A stretch of DNA of 52,571 bases from an uncultured Verrucomicrobiota bacterium (GTDB taxonomy: Bacteria; Verrucomicrobiota; Verrucomicrobiia; Palsa-1439): the NCBI GenBank assembly GCA_903847335.1, contig CAINDI010000113.1, positions 1 through 52,571 on the forward strand, written 5' to 3'. Both the position numbers and the translations under genes were made by a program. The notes beneath the pieces are model-generated. The model was not told the origin of the DNA and did no database searches. It saw only the letters and a list, made by a program, of their open reading frames with translations. Below, one piece after another: positions 18,865-28,886 of the stretch (positions within the stretch are counted from its first letter, which is position 1; each line of letters starts with the position of its first letter).

Positions 18865-19944
18865 CTACCATTTTTCATTTGGACCGCGTGGAACGGCGAT
18901 GGTGGTATCCGCATCAAGCGACCGAGGCCGGTAGGCTTGGCGGAGTTGGCCGTGCTCGTCTAGGAATTGCTGACGCCAGCGCCGGTAGGCGGTGACGATT
19001 TCGTCGAACTCCTGCCGGTGGTTGAGGTGAATCATCCGTTTGTCGAATTCTTTCACCGGGCCGAAGCGCCGAGAATATTGGAGCGAAACTTTGCGGAACT
19101 GCCGGCAACCTTGCGCTTCGCCAAAAACTTCCACCATCCGGTCGAGGTGCTTAGTCATCACAGCGAGGCGTTCATCGAGCGTCGGCTCCGGTAGCTCTTC
19201 GCCGGTGGCGAGAAAATGTGCGGTGTGCCGGAAAATCCACGGATTATAAAACGCGCCGCGTCCGATGCTGACGGCGGCGCAGCCGGTCTCGTCGAACATC
19301 CGTTTCGCGGCGCGCGGCGTGGTGATGTCGCCATTGCCGATGACTGGAACATTTTTCACGGCTTCGACGACGGCGCGGATGCCGGCAAGATTTACTTTGC
19401 CGGTAAAGCCTTGTTCCCGGGTCCGGCCGTGGATGATGATGCCGGCAACTCCGACATCAGCGAGCGCGCGAGCGAGATCGGGCGCGGTGAGATTGTCGGC
19501 GTCCCAGCCGAGCCGCATTTTGCAGGTGACCGGAATCTTGACAGCGTCCACCATCGCTTTGACGAGGCGAATGGCTTTGGCGTGATCGGTGAGCAAAGCA
19601 GAACCGCCACCGTTCCGGCAGACCTTGTGCACCGGACAACCCATATTCACATCAACGAATGGAATGCCGCGCGCTTCGAGAATGAGCGCCGCGTCGCGGA
19701 GTTCGGCTGGTTCTTTACCGAAGAGTTGCACGGCCAGCGGTGAATCGGCTGGGCAGGTTTCAATCAGTTTATTGGCGCTGCGATTTTTGTCGATGAGCGA
19801 GCGAGCGTTGACGAGGTCGGTGGTGCAAAGGCCGACGCCGCCGATTTCGCGGATGGTGAGGCGAAACGGTAAATTGGTGTAGCCAGCCAGCGGCGCGAGA
19901 AACAGATTCGACGCCAGTGGCAGTTTTCCAAGGGCAAACGACAT
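18865..19944 (-). CDS. dusB: tRNA-dihydrouridine synthase
   Basis: LAPLAGYTN, VQLFG, NMGCP (catalytic Cys), KMRLGW, HGRT, GNGDI, IGRG. Confidence 0.9.
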   Translation of the reverse strand: MSFALGKLPLASNLFLAPLAGYTNLPFRLTIREIGGVGLCTTDLVNARSLIDKNRSANKLIETCPADSPLAVQLFGKEPAELRDAALILEARGIPFVDVNMGCPVHKVCRNGGGSALLTDHAKAIRLVKAMVDAVKIPVTCKMRLGWDADNLTAPDLARALADVGVAGIIIHGRTREQGFTGKVNLAGIRAVVEAVKNVPVIGNGDITTPRAAKRMFDETGCAAVSIGRGAFYNPWIFRHTAHFLATGEELPEPTLDERLAVMTKHLDRMVEVFGEAQGCRQFRKVSLQYSRRFGPVKEFDKRMIHLNHRQEFDEIVTAYRRWRQQFLDEHGQLRQAYRPRSLDADTTIAVPRGPNEKW

Positions 19945-20023
19945 GGCGTATCTCTAGCCTGTTGCCGGGCCAAACGCCAGTGCGAGTTTGATTTCTGGCG
20001 CATTTCAGGCATCATAACGATGC

Positions 20024-21433
20024 ATGGAACACGAGACCGGTACGCATCACAAAGCGCTGCACATCAATATCGACGCGACGCGCTATGGGACGTTCGCCGA
20101 AATCGGCGCGGGGCAGGAAGTCGCCCGGTGGTTTTTCAAGGTCGGTGGGGCCGCCGGTACGGTGGCGAAAACGATGTCGGCTTACGACATGGCGGTGTCA
20201 GACGCGATTTATGGTTCGACGAAACGCTACGTCAGCCGGGAACGTTTGCAAGCGATGCTGGATCACGAGTGGAGCTTGTTGTTGGAACGGCTCAACAAGC
20301 AGCGCGGCGAGCAGACAGCATTTTTTGTGTTTGCCGATACGGTCACGGCAAAAAGTTATTCCCGGCAGGAAGAAGGTCACGGTTGGCTTGGAGTCCGATT
20401 TCAGATTGCACCGCACACTGCGCCGTCGGAGATTATTATTCACGCCCGAATGTGGGACCCGGATAATGTCCGGCAGCAGGAAGCACTGGGTGTTCTCGGT
20501 GTGAATCTGATTTATGGCGCGTTTAACGAACATTCCGACCCGGCAAAGTTAATCACAAGTTTGATGGATGAGTTGAGTCGTGACCGGATGGAAGTGGACA
20601 TGATTAAATTTTCCGGCCCGGCTTTCGCCGGCGTGGACAACCGGTTGATGAGTCTCCAACTCGTGCAGCAGCGGTTGACGAATGCGGTGCTATTCACACC
20701 GACCGGAGAAGTCATCGAGCCGGCGGAAGTGCTGCACCACAAAGCGGTGCTGGTGGAACGCGGTAGTTTCCGGCCAGTGACCAATGTGACTCTCGACATG
20801 CTCGAACGTTCGCTCGACCAGATGCGCAGTGAGCTGGATTTAGCGGGGCAGGAGCCGGTGGTGTTGATGGAGATGACACTGCGAAATTTGCTGACGAAAG
20901 GTGAGCATATTGAACACGCCGATTTTTTGGCGCGCGTTGATATGCTCTGTGCGCTGGGTAAGACGGTGATGATTTCTAATTATTCCCGGTTTCACAACGT
21001 CACCACCTATCTGCGCCGGTATACTGCCAGCCGCATCGGCATGGTGCTCGGCGTGCCGACGCTGTTGCCGTTATTCGATGCGCAACACTACCAAGACCTC
21101 GAAGGTGGCGTTCTCGAATCGCTCGGCCGGCTTTTCAAAGGTCCGGTCAAGCTTTACATTTATCCATGGAAAAATAATCGCACCGGTGAACTCGTCACTG
21201 CCGATACATTCCAGATGCCGGTACACCTGCGCCATCTTTATGCTCATCTCCTCGAAAATCATTTTATCGAGCCAATTCGCGAGTTCAACGAACTCGACCT
21301 CGCCATTCTTCCTCGCGATGTGCTGGCCGAACTTCAAGCGGGCCGCTCGGTTTGGGAACAACTCGTGCCGCCGCAAGTCGTCGCCGTCATCAAACAGCGC
21401 GGTTACTTCGGTTACCGTCAGCCTGCTGCCTGA
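20024..21433 (+). CDS. Conserved uncharacterised cytoplasmic protein; possible CinA/PncC-like plus nucleotidyltransferase-like domains
   Basis: YGTFAEIGAGQEVARWFF, GGAAGTVAKTMSAYDM, RYVSRERL, ERGSFRPVT, RIGMVLG. No signal peptide and no beta-barrel pattern. Confidence 0.6.
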   Translation: MEHETGTHHKALHINIDATRYGTFAEIGAGQEVARWFFKVGGAAGTVAKTMSAYDMAVSDAIYGSTKRYVSRERLQAMLDHEWSLLLERLNKQRGEQTAFFVFADTVTAKSYSRQEEGHGWLGVRFQIAPHTAPSEIIIHARMWDPDNVRQQEALGVLGVNLIYGAFNEHSDPAKLITSLMDELSRDRMEVDMIKFSGPAFAGVDNRLMSLQLVQQRLTNAVLFTPTGEVIEPAEVLHHKAVLVERGSFRPVTNVTLDMLERSLDQMRSELDLAGQEPVVLMEMTLRNLLTKGEHIEHADFLARVDMLCALGKTVMISNYSRFHNVTTYLRRYTASRIGMVLGVPTLLPLFDAQHYQDLEGGVLESLGRLFKGPVKLYIYPWKNNRTGELVTADTFQMPVHLRHLYAHLLENHFIEPIREFNELDLAILPRDVLAELQAGRSVWEQLVPPQVVAVIKQRGYFGYRQPAA

Positions 21434-21478
21434 GCCGCCGGTTGCGTTTTGCATGAAGCGGCGTACGTTTCCGTCGCG

Positions 21479-23374
21479 ATGCACGAACCAAACCATCTGA
21501 TTCACGAAACTAGCCCATACCTCCGGCAGCACGCGCATAATCCGGTGGATTGGTTTCCGTGGAGCGCGGAAGCCTTTACTAAGGCGCGTGCGGAGAATAA
21601 ACCAATTTTTCTGTCCATCGGCTATTCGACTTGTCACTGGTGTCACGTGATGGCACACGAGTCGTTTGAGAATGACGAAGTTGCCGCTGTGCTTAATCAG
21701 TATTTCATCGCCATCAAAGTCGACCGAGAAGAACGTCCCGACCTCGACAAAATCTACATGACCGCCACCCAAGCCACGACCGGTCACGGCGGTTGGCCGA
21801 TGAGTGTTTGGTTGACACACGATCTCCAACCATTTTTCTGTGGCACGTATTTTCCACCGGTAAGATTCCAACCGTTATTGCTGAAGATTCACGAAGTTTG
21901 GGAAACTCACCACGCCGACCTTGTCGCCAAAGCCGGTGAGATTACTGCGACGCTTGCACAATATGTCACGATGAACCGGACCAGCACCGCGGCGCTTGAT
22001 GAAGCTCCATTGCGTGCCGGTTTGGAACAATTTCGCGCCAGCTACGATGCGGTGCACGGCGGTTTCGATGGTGCTCCGAAATTTCCGCGACCGGTCGCGT
22101 TGAATTTTCTCTTTCGCGCCGGTGGTCAAGACATGGCATTGCACACGCTCTGTAAAATGGGCGAGGGCGGTTTGTTCGATCAACTCGGTGGCGGCTTCCA
22201 CCGGTACAGTGTGGACGAACGCTGGCTCGTTTCGCATTTTGAAAAAATGCTCTACGATCAGGCGCAGTTGGTCAGCAGTTATGTGGACGCCTATCAAGTT
22301 ACCGGTGAAGAGTTCTTCGCTGACATCGCGCGCCGGACGTGCGATTACGTATTGCGTGACTTAACCAGTCCGGATGGCGGATTCTACTCTGCCGAAGATG
22401 CCGACAGCGAAGGAGTCGAAGGTAAATTCTACGTCTGGACACACACCGAAATCAAAAACATTCTCGGCGAAAAGGCCGAAGCCTTCTGCCGGGCTTACGA
22501 TGTGAATGCCGCCGGTAATTGGGAACACGGTAACAGCATTCTGCACGGCACCGGTTTTCCTGACGAACGTGAAAAACTTTTTGCAGTCCGCGAAAAACGC
22601 ATTCGCCCGCACCGTGACGAAAAGATTATCACTGCTTGGAACGGGCTGATGATTTCAGCGCTCAGCCGGGCCGCGCAGGTTTTGGACGACACCAAGTATC
22701 TCGCGGCGGCTCAACGCGCCGGCCGGCAACTACTCGTCGGCAAGTTTGTTCGCACCGGTAATGTGCCGGCGATGCTTGACGATTACGCCTGTTTTGCCAA
22801 TGCGCTTGTTGACCTCTACGAAACTGATTTTGATTCCAGTTGGCTGACGCAGGCCGTTGTGCTGACGGAGATAATGCTCCGGCGGTTCTATGACGCAGCC
22901 GCCGGTGGGTTTTTCATGACGGACGGCGCTGATTCGTCGGTGATTCTTCGAGTGAAAGACGAGTATGATGGTGCGGAACCATCCGGTAACTCCATTGCGG
23001 TGCGGTTACTGTTGCGTTTAGCTTTGCTCACGGACCGGTCTGATTTTCGGGAAGCGGCAGAGCAGACATTGACATTGTTCGCGCAACGAATTCACAGCGT
23101 GCCACACGCGGTACCGGAGATGTTGTGTGCGCTGGATTTCGCTCTCGGTAAGCCGAAACAAATTGTCATCGCCGGTGAGCCAGCTGTGACGGATACGCAA
23201 ACCTTGCTCCGTGTCGTGCGTCGCCGGTATCTGCCCAACAGGATTGTGATGCTGGCGCGCGATCAAAAAATACCGCGTCTGATGATGGATGAAAAAGCCA
23301 CGGCGTATGTTTGCGTTGACCGCACCTGCCGTCTGCCGGCGACGGAACCGGAAGAGTTGGCAAAACGAATTTGA
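21479..23374 (+). CDS. YyaL/SPATA20-like thioredoxin-domain plus six-hairpin glycosidase-like protein
   Basis: [72 protein letters not shown]. Confidence 0.9.
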   Translation: MHEPNHLIHETSPYLRQHAHNPVDWFPWSAEAFTKARAENKPIFLSIGYSTCHWCHVMAHESFENDEVAAVLNQYFIAIKVDREERPDLDKIYMTATQATTGHGGWPMSVWLTHDLQPFFCGTYFPPVRFQPLLLKIHEVWETHHADLVAKAGEITATLAQYVTMNRTSTAALDEAPLRAGLEQFRASYDAVHGGFDGAPKFPRPVALNFLFRAGGQDMALHTLCKMGEGGLFDQLGGGFHRYSVDERWLVSHFEKMLYDQAQLVSSYVDAYQVTGEEFFADIARRTCDYVLRDLTSPDGGFYSAEDADSEGVEGKFYVWTHTEIKNILGEKAEAFCRAYDVNAAGNWEHGNSILHGTGFPDEREKLFAVREKRIRPHRDEKIITAWNGLMISALSRAAQVLDDTKYLAAAQRAGRQLLVGKFVRTGNVPAMLDDYACFANALVDLYETDFDSSWLTQAVVLTEIMLRRFYDAAAGGFFMTDGADSSVILRVKDEYDGAEPSGNSIAVRLLLRLALLTDRSDFREAAEQTLTLFAQRIHSVPHAVPEMLCALDFALGKPKQIVIAGEPAVTDTQTLLRVVRRRYLPNRIVMLARDQKIPRLMMDEKATAYVCVDRTCRLPATEPEELAKRI

Positions 23375-23423
23375 TGCATCGTCAGATTCTTGCAAATGCG
23401 GCATCGCGCGGTAAGATGCCGAT

Positions 23424-25568
23424 ATGTTTCCACTCGCGCGCTTTCGTGACTTGATACGGATTTTCATTGGAATCCTTTTTTTACTCGGACTGGTATCTGG
23501 TCGAGCTGAGCAGTCACCGGTGTTTGACATCCCGCGGTTGGAAAAAATCACGATGGATGGCCGGGCGGATGATTGGAGCACCAATGGCTTTCGGGTGGAT
23601 GCGATGGTGGATAGCGATGGTGTGGCACGACCGGCGAGTGAATTTGCTTCGCGATTTCGTCTCGGCTGGGATGAGCGTGGATTATTGGTGTTGGTCACGG
23701 TTCATGATCCTACGCCGGTGGAGGAGAAAAATGACGCGCAATTCTATCTTCGGGATTCGGTGGAAATGTTCATCGCGGATCAATCCGGCGGACAGGAGGC
23801 TTTTCAAGTGGTTTTTGTTCCGGGGCGAATTGCTGGACAACGAGAATTACGATTTCATGTGTATGACCGGCGGGCTAGCGACGAACTGAAGAAAACACCA
23901 ATTGTAATTGAAGCGGCCCGGACGGCGGATGCTGAAAATTGTACATTGGAAGTCTGCGTGCCGTGGCAAAATCTCGGCATCAAACCGGAAACCGGGCGCG
24001 AGATTTTGTTTCAACTCTGCGTCAACGATGCTAGTCCGACCGGGCCACGGTTGCAAAGCCGTTGGTATCCCGGTAACTCATACGGTAATACGCGGCTGAT
24101 GTACCGGTTGCGTTTGGCGGAGTCGCCGAGTTCTGCGGTGGTGGTCGCGGCGGGCGCTTCCTACGAGCGACTCCGGCGGACGCAGGTCGGAGTGGTCGCT
24201 ACCGGAGCGCTGACTGGGCAAGTCATTACGGTTCGCGCGGCTGATCGCGAACTTGGTTCGGGTCTGCTGATTGCAGATGGCGATGGGTTTCGACTTCATT
24301 TGGATTTACCCATGCCGGCGCGCGGTAAACCGTATGGACTGCTGACGGTCCAACTCGCCGGTCAGACATTTACTACGCTGCAACTCCCCGATGCTGATGA
24401 GGCGCGACAGCAGGCGTTTGCTCGCGCGGAGTTTAATTTCACTCCTTGTGTGTTTACTGGTGAGACGTTTCCGCCGTGTGATTTTCAGCAGCCGTCATTA
24501 GTAGAAGATGCGGTCGGGCCATATCGCATCAGTAAGGTGACGTTTTATGATGCGGACTTTAACGTGGTTACGACTGCCGAAAAACCGGGCCGGTATGGTG
24601 CGATTACAGAAATTTGCACGGCGGATGGGAAAACCTTCAAAAGATTTAACACGCTGTTTCGTCAGATTGCAGAATGTAAACGGAAAGATGCTCAACAGCG
24701 GTTTACGGTGGAGTTGCCACCGGAGGTGGGCATTGATCCTGAAGTGGTTCGTGAGCAAGCCGCAAAGCTGAATGATTATCTCCGAGAGGAAATTGTGGCT
24801 GGATTTCAACGCACCGCGAATGGCGCAATCGTGTTGGCGGGTCTTTCCGAAACAGCGGCCGGTAGCGGTCCAACGCATCGCCAGAACAATGCGCAGGCAC
24901 GCGATGCGGAGTGGTGGTATCGGCTGAAGAAACAAACCGGCGAGATTGCGCCGTTACAGTATCTGACCTATTTGCCGGAGAATTACGATTCGGTATCGAC
25001 GCAACGCTGGCCGGTGGTTTTGTTCCTGCATGGTTCCGGTGAGCGTGGGAACGATTTAAATCAGGTCAAAAAGAATGGGCTGCCACACTTAATCGAAGCA
25101 GGAAAACATTTTCCATTTATCACAATCGCCCCGCAATGTCCGTCGAACGAATGGTGGAATGTGATAGCGTTGCGTGATCTGCTGGATGAAGTCGGCGCGA
25201 AATATCATGTCGACTCCGACCGGGTGTATCTGACGGGTTTGAGTATGGGCGGATATGGAACGTGGAGTTTGGCGACGCGATTTCCGGAGCGGTTTGCGGC
25301 TATCGTGCCGATTTGTGGTGGCGGCGATCCCGAGGCAGTAGCTGATATTAAAAATCTCCCGGTCTGGGTTTTCCACGGCGCTAAAGATCGAGTCGTTTCG
25401 CCTCAGCAGAGTCAGGAAATGGTGGATGCGCTGCAAAAACTGGGTGCGCCGGTGCGCTTCACGCTTTATCCCGAGGCCAACCACAATTCTTGGACGCCTG
25501 CCTACGCCACCGAAGAGTTATACACCTGGTTACTTCAACAACATCGTGGTCAACTGCCGGCCCATTGA
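23424..25568 (+). CDS. Secreted multidomain protein: CBM9/DOMON-like sugar-binding domain plus C-terminal alpha/beta-hydrolase (esterase)
   Basis: Signal peptide; IxMDGRADDW, LGWDERGLLVLVTVHD, DSVEMF (CBM9-like). C-terminal LFLHGSGERG, GLSMGG (Ser), HGAKD (Asp), EANH (His). Confidence 0.75.
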   Translation: MFPLARFRDLIRIFIGILFLLGLVSGRAEQSPVFDIPRLEKITMDGRADDWSTNGFRVDAMVDSDGVARPASEFASRFRLGWDERGLLVLVTVHDPTPVEEKNDAQFYLRDSVEMFIADQSGGQEAFQVVFVPGRIAGQRELRFHVYDRRASDELKKTPIVIEAARTADAENCTLEVCVPWQNLGIKPETGREILFQLCVNDASPTGPRLQSRWYPGNSYGNTRLMYRLRLAESPSSAVVVAAGASYERLRRTQVGVVATGALTGQVITVRAADRELGSGLLIADGDGFRLHLDLPMPARGKPYGLLTVQLAGQTFTTLQLPDADEARQQAFARAEFNFTPCVFTGETFPPCDFQQPSLVEDAVGPYRISKVTFYDADFNVVTTAEKPGRYGAITEICTADGKTFKRFNTLFRQIAECKRKDAQQRFTVELPPEVGIDPEVVREQAAKLNDYLREEIVAGFQRTANGAIVLAGLSETAAGSGPTHRQNNAQARDAEWWYRLKKQTGEIAPLQYLTYLPENYDSVSTQRWPVVLFLHGSGERGNDLNQVKKNGLPHLIEAGKHFPFITIAPQCPSNEWWNVIALRDLLDEVGAKYHVDSDRVYLTGLSMGGYGTWSLATRFPERFAAIVPICGGGDPEAVADIKNLPVWVFHGAKDRVVSPQQSQEMVDALQKLGAPVRFTLYPEANHNSWTPAYATEELYTWLLQQHRGQLPAH

Positions 25569-25611
25569 GGAACGGCTTGCCGTCCGCAGTTGCGCCGGCT
25601 AAGATAAAAAT

Positions 25612-26277
25612 ATGTTTCGTCCCGAAGAATTTCTCGATCTGAAACAGTTTGCGTTCCCAGAGCTTTTTGATGCCGACGCGAATGTGTGGGAAGCGTTGCG
25701 CAAGTTGCCGGAGTTTGTGAAATGTCACTTGCGTCCCGGTAACTTGGGTACGGTGACCGGTACGGCTTTTATCGGTGAGGCGGTATTTATCGGAAAGGGG
25801 ACTGAGATTGAACCCGGTGCAATCCTCAAAGGCCCGGCGATTATCGGCGCGAACTGTCAGATTCGGTCGAACGCCTACATTCGCGAAAATGTCATCGTCG
25901 GCGACGGCTGTGTCCTCGGCAATGCATGCGAGTTCAAGAACAGCGTTCTATTCAATGGTTGCCAAGTCCCGCACTTCAGTTATGTCGGCGATTCAATTCT
26001 CGGTTACAAAGCCCATCTCGGTGCTGGTGTGATTTTGTCAAACGTCAAATCAGTCGTCGGGAATGTGAAAGTTGGTCAGCTAGATACCGGCTTGCGGAAG
26101 TTCAGTGCAATTCTCGGCGATGGTGCAGACATCGGTTGCAACTGTGTGCTCAGTCCCGGCACAATCATCGGACGCAATTCCATTCTCTATCCGAATATTC
26201 TCTGGCGTGGTATCTGCCCGCCGGATTCGATCGTGAAGCTCCGACAGCAGCAGGAAGTTATCGTGCGCCGCCGGTAG
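25612..26277 (+). CDS. GlmU-like hexapeptide (LbH) acetyltransferase, lacking the uridylyltransferase domain
   Basis: GPAIIG, IRSNAYIR, EFKNS, PHFSYVGDSILG, HLGAGVILSN, TGLRKFSAILGD. Confidence 0.78.
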   Translation: MFRPEEFLDLKQFAFPELFDADANVWEALRKLPEFVKCHLRPGNLGTVTGTAFIGEAVFIGKGTEIEPGAILKGPAIIGANCQIRSNAYIRENVIVGDGCVLGNACEFKNSVLFNGCQVPHFSYVGDSILGYKAHLGAGVILSNVKSVVGNVKVGQLDTGLRKFSAILGDGADIGCNCVLSPGTIIGRNSILYPNILWRGICPPDSIVKLRQQQEVIVRRR

Positions 26278-26812
26278 TGCGCTGGTCGTTCAGCCAGTAA
26301 AAGCCGCCGATGACAATTCCGTGGGTGATTTTGCCGGTGCGAATCAAATCCGGGATTTCCGCGAGCGGCACCAGTCGAACGATGATGTCTTCGGCGTGAT
26401 CGAGTTTTAATTCCGCAACCCGCCGGCAGCCGGTGGCGAGAACGTAATACTGCCGGTTGTTTTGGATAGCCGGGTTCGGATTCACCGTACTGAGTAATTC
26501 GATTTTGTCCGGTGCGTAACCGGTTTCTTCGAGTAGTTCGCGCCGGGCACTTGCTTCCGGTGACTCACCAGCATCCATTAATCCGCCGGGCGTTTCGAGT
26601 TCGACAGTGCGCGTGCCGTGTCGCCATTGCTCTACCATCACGACTTGGTTGTCGGGAGTGAGCGGAATAATGTTCACCCAGTTCGGCTGTTCCAACCGGT
26701 ACATGTCGTGGGGTTGGCCGGTGCGCGGATTGACAGTCACATCGTGATACACCTGAAAGATGCGACAGTCGAGAAGCTGCTGGGAACTTTCAATTTTCCA
26801 AGGCCGAATCAC
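26258..26812 (-). CDS. NUDIX hydrolase (ADP-ribose pyrophosphatase-like)
   Basis: Nudix box GGLMDAGESPEASARRELLEETGY; QWRHG; NP motif. Confidence 0.88.
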   Translation of the reverse strand: MIRPWKIESSQQLLDCRIFQVYHDVTVNPRTGQPHDMYRLEQPNWVNIIPLTPDNQVVMVEQWRHGTRTVELETPGGLMDAGESPEASARRELLEETGYAPDKIELLSTVNPNPAIQNNRQYYVLATGCRRVAELKLDHAEDIIVRLVPLAEIPDLIRTGKITHGIVIGGFYWLNDQRTTGGAR

Positions 26813-27216
26813 TTGGCGGTAACTTGCTCTAATTTTTTAAGAAACTCCGCCGCCGGTAAGTAACCACTGATTTGCGTGACGAGTTTTCCGTCAGCACCGA
26901 CAAATCCGATGAAGGGAAAACCGCGCACGCCAAATTGTTGCGCCAGTTTGGCTCCGGCGTCGCCCTTTTCAGGATTAACCTTTACCGAAATGAAATCTTT
27001 GGCGAGCTTGGCTTGCACATCTTTATCGCTGTAGGTGTCGCGGTCGAGGCGTTTGCACCAACCGCACCAGTCGGTATAAATATCCACCATCACGATTTTC
27101 TTTTCTTTCTTCGCCTTTTCCAAAGCGCTGTCGTAGCTCTTCTGCCAATCCACTTCCGCTGCCCACGCGCCAACGGCGAACAAACAAACAGTCATGCTAA
27201 GAATAATCTTTTTCAT
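26809..27216 (-). CDS. Exported thioredoxin-fold protein
   Basis: Signal peptide, WCGWC active site, GFP cis-Pro loop. Confidence 0.85.
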   Translation of the reverse strand: MKKIILSMTVCLFAVGAWAAEVDWQKSYDSALEKAKKEKKIVMVDIYTDWCGWCKRLDRDTYSDKDVQAKLAKDFISVKVNPEKGDAGAKLAQQFGVRGFPFIGFVGADGKLVTQISGYLPAAEFLKKLEQVTAK

Positions 27217-27224
27217 TCTGGCTC

Positions 27225-28886
27225 CTATTTTACCGGCGGTTCAATCCACCGGCCATGTTCTTTGATTAGTGCGATGAGTTCATCCACCGCTTGTTCTTCC
27301 GGAATGTGTTGCTTGACCTGCATCTTACCGACCCACAACGAAATCTTCCCCGGTGCCGTGCCGACGTAACCGAAATGCGCGTCCGCCATCTCGCCGGGAC
27401 CATTTACGATACACCCCATAATCGCAATCTTCACGCCTTTCAAGTGCGCCGTCCGCGCCTTAATCTGCGCTGTCACCGTCTGTAAATCAAATAGCGTTCG
27501 TCCGCAGCTCGGACAAGCCACATAATCCGCCTTGAACGACCGGCAACCCGCCGCCTGCAAAATATTATACGCCAGCGTCACCGGCCCGGCCACTTGCACC
27601 GCATCGCCGATACCATCGCACAACAGCGCGCCGATGTTCGTACTCGTGGTTAAAAGATTGCCGGATTCGTCCCGCAATAAAATCGGCCAATTCGGTGCGC
27701 GTACCGCTAATAACCGATACGCCGGAATCATTTCCAAGCCGGTACCGGCGCTGACCGTCAGTAACCGTGCCGGCATTCCGTGAAAATCCGGCGGCACCAA
27801 CGGATTCACTTCCAAAATCTCCGGTGCCTTCAGTGAAAATTCTGCCGCCAAGTCACCGGTGCCTTGTGTTGCGCAAACGCGCACCGGATTGCCGTCGCCG
27901 ATGACGACACCATTAATGTTCACGATCTGCGTGACGCGGCGTTGGTAGTTAAATGGGTCACGGGTTTCAATGACCGACAGCAGCGCCGGAGCTTTACCGG
28001 CCGGTAAATTATATTTGCTCACGAGTTCCCGGCAGACGGGAACTTCATGCAGACTGTCCTCCGTCAAGGAGACGCGGACGGTATCGCCCAGACCATCTTC
28101 GAGCAACGCGCCGATGCCGATGGCGGATTTAATCCGGCCATCTTCGCCGCCGCCGGCTTCGGTGACGCCGAGATGCAGCGGGTAATTCCAATCCGCGCCT
28201 TCCGCGTTGAGCCGAGCCACGAGCAACCGGTAGGTTTCGATCATCACTTTCACGCTGCTCGATTTCATCGAGAGAATGATTTCGTGATAATTGTGCTGCC
28301 GGCAAATCCGAACAAATTCCAACGCACTTTCTACCATGCCGAGCGGCGTGTCGCCATACCGGTTCATAATCCGGTCGGAGAGCGAACCGTGATTCGTGCC
28401 GATGCGCATGGCGCGACCGAGTTGTTTGCACTTGAGTACGAGTGGCGTGAATGCTTTCTCTAGTCGTTCCAATTCGTCGGCGTATTGGTCGTCGCTGTAT
28501 TCACGCGTCGCAAATTTCTTCCGGTCAGCGTAGTTGCCGGGATTGATCCGAACTTTCTCCACCCATTCCGCGGCTTCCATCGCCGCAATGGGAACGAAAT
28601 GAATATCGGCGACGATGGGTGTCTTGAAACCATGGTTGCGAAGTGCGCTGACGATATTCTTCAAATTCTTCGCGTCATTGATGCTTGGCGCGGTGATCCG
28701 CAAAATTTCGCAACCGGCCTCGATAATTGGAATCGCCTCTTTGACGCAGGCGTCCGTGTTCATCGTGTCGGAAATCAACATCGTCTGGACACGAATCGGA
28801 TTATTTCCGCCAACTCCGACGTGGCCAACTTTGACTTCGCGGGTGAGACGCCGTTGCCGGTGAAATGGATTTGTGCAGTAGTTCAT
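27225..28886 (-). CDS. ispG: HMBPP synthase IspG, long form
   Basis: VADIHF, RINPGN, RIGTNHGSLS, YPLHLGVTEAG, GDTVRVSLT, CPSCGRTLFD, MGCIVNGPGE. Confidence 0.96.
   Translation of the reverse strand: MNYCTNPFHRQRRLTREVKVGHVGVGGNNPIRVQTMLISDTMNTDACVKEAIPIIEAGCEILRITAPSINDAKNLKNIVSALRNHGFKTPIVADIHFVPIAAMEAAEWVEKVRINPGNYADRKKFATREYSDDQYADELERLEKAFTPLVLKCKQLGRAMRIGTNHGSLSDRIMNRYGDTPLGMVESALEFVRICRQHNYHEIILSMKSSSVKVMIETYRLLVARLNAEGADWNYPLHLGVTEAGGGEDGRIKSAIGIGALLEDGLGDTVRVSLTEDSLHEVPVCRELVSKYNLPAGKAPALLSVIETRDPFNYQRRVTQIVNINGVVIGDGNPVRVCATQGTGDLAAEFSLKAPEILEVNPLVPPDFHGMPARLLTVSAGTGLEMIPAYRLLAVRAPNWPILLRDESGNLLTTSTNIGALLCDGIGDAVQVAGPVTLAYNILQAAGCRSFKADYVACPSCGRTLFDLQTVTAQIKARTAHLKGVKIAIMGCIVNGPGEMADAHFGYVGTAPGKISLWVGKMQVKQHIPEEQAVDELIALIKEHGRWIEPPVK

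Noticed and set aside
20024-21433. TonB-dependent receptor
   Set aside because: No signal peptide, no amphipathic beta-strands or C-terminal Phe; the pattern is that of a soluble alpha/beta protein.
21071-21871. Long antisense or alternate-frame ORFs (e.g. 266 aa here; 1608-2237, 11735-12409, 34889-35563, 37661-38335)
   Set aside because: Shadow ORFs of well-conserved genes in GC-rich DNA, with no recognisable motifs.
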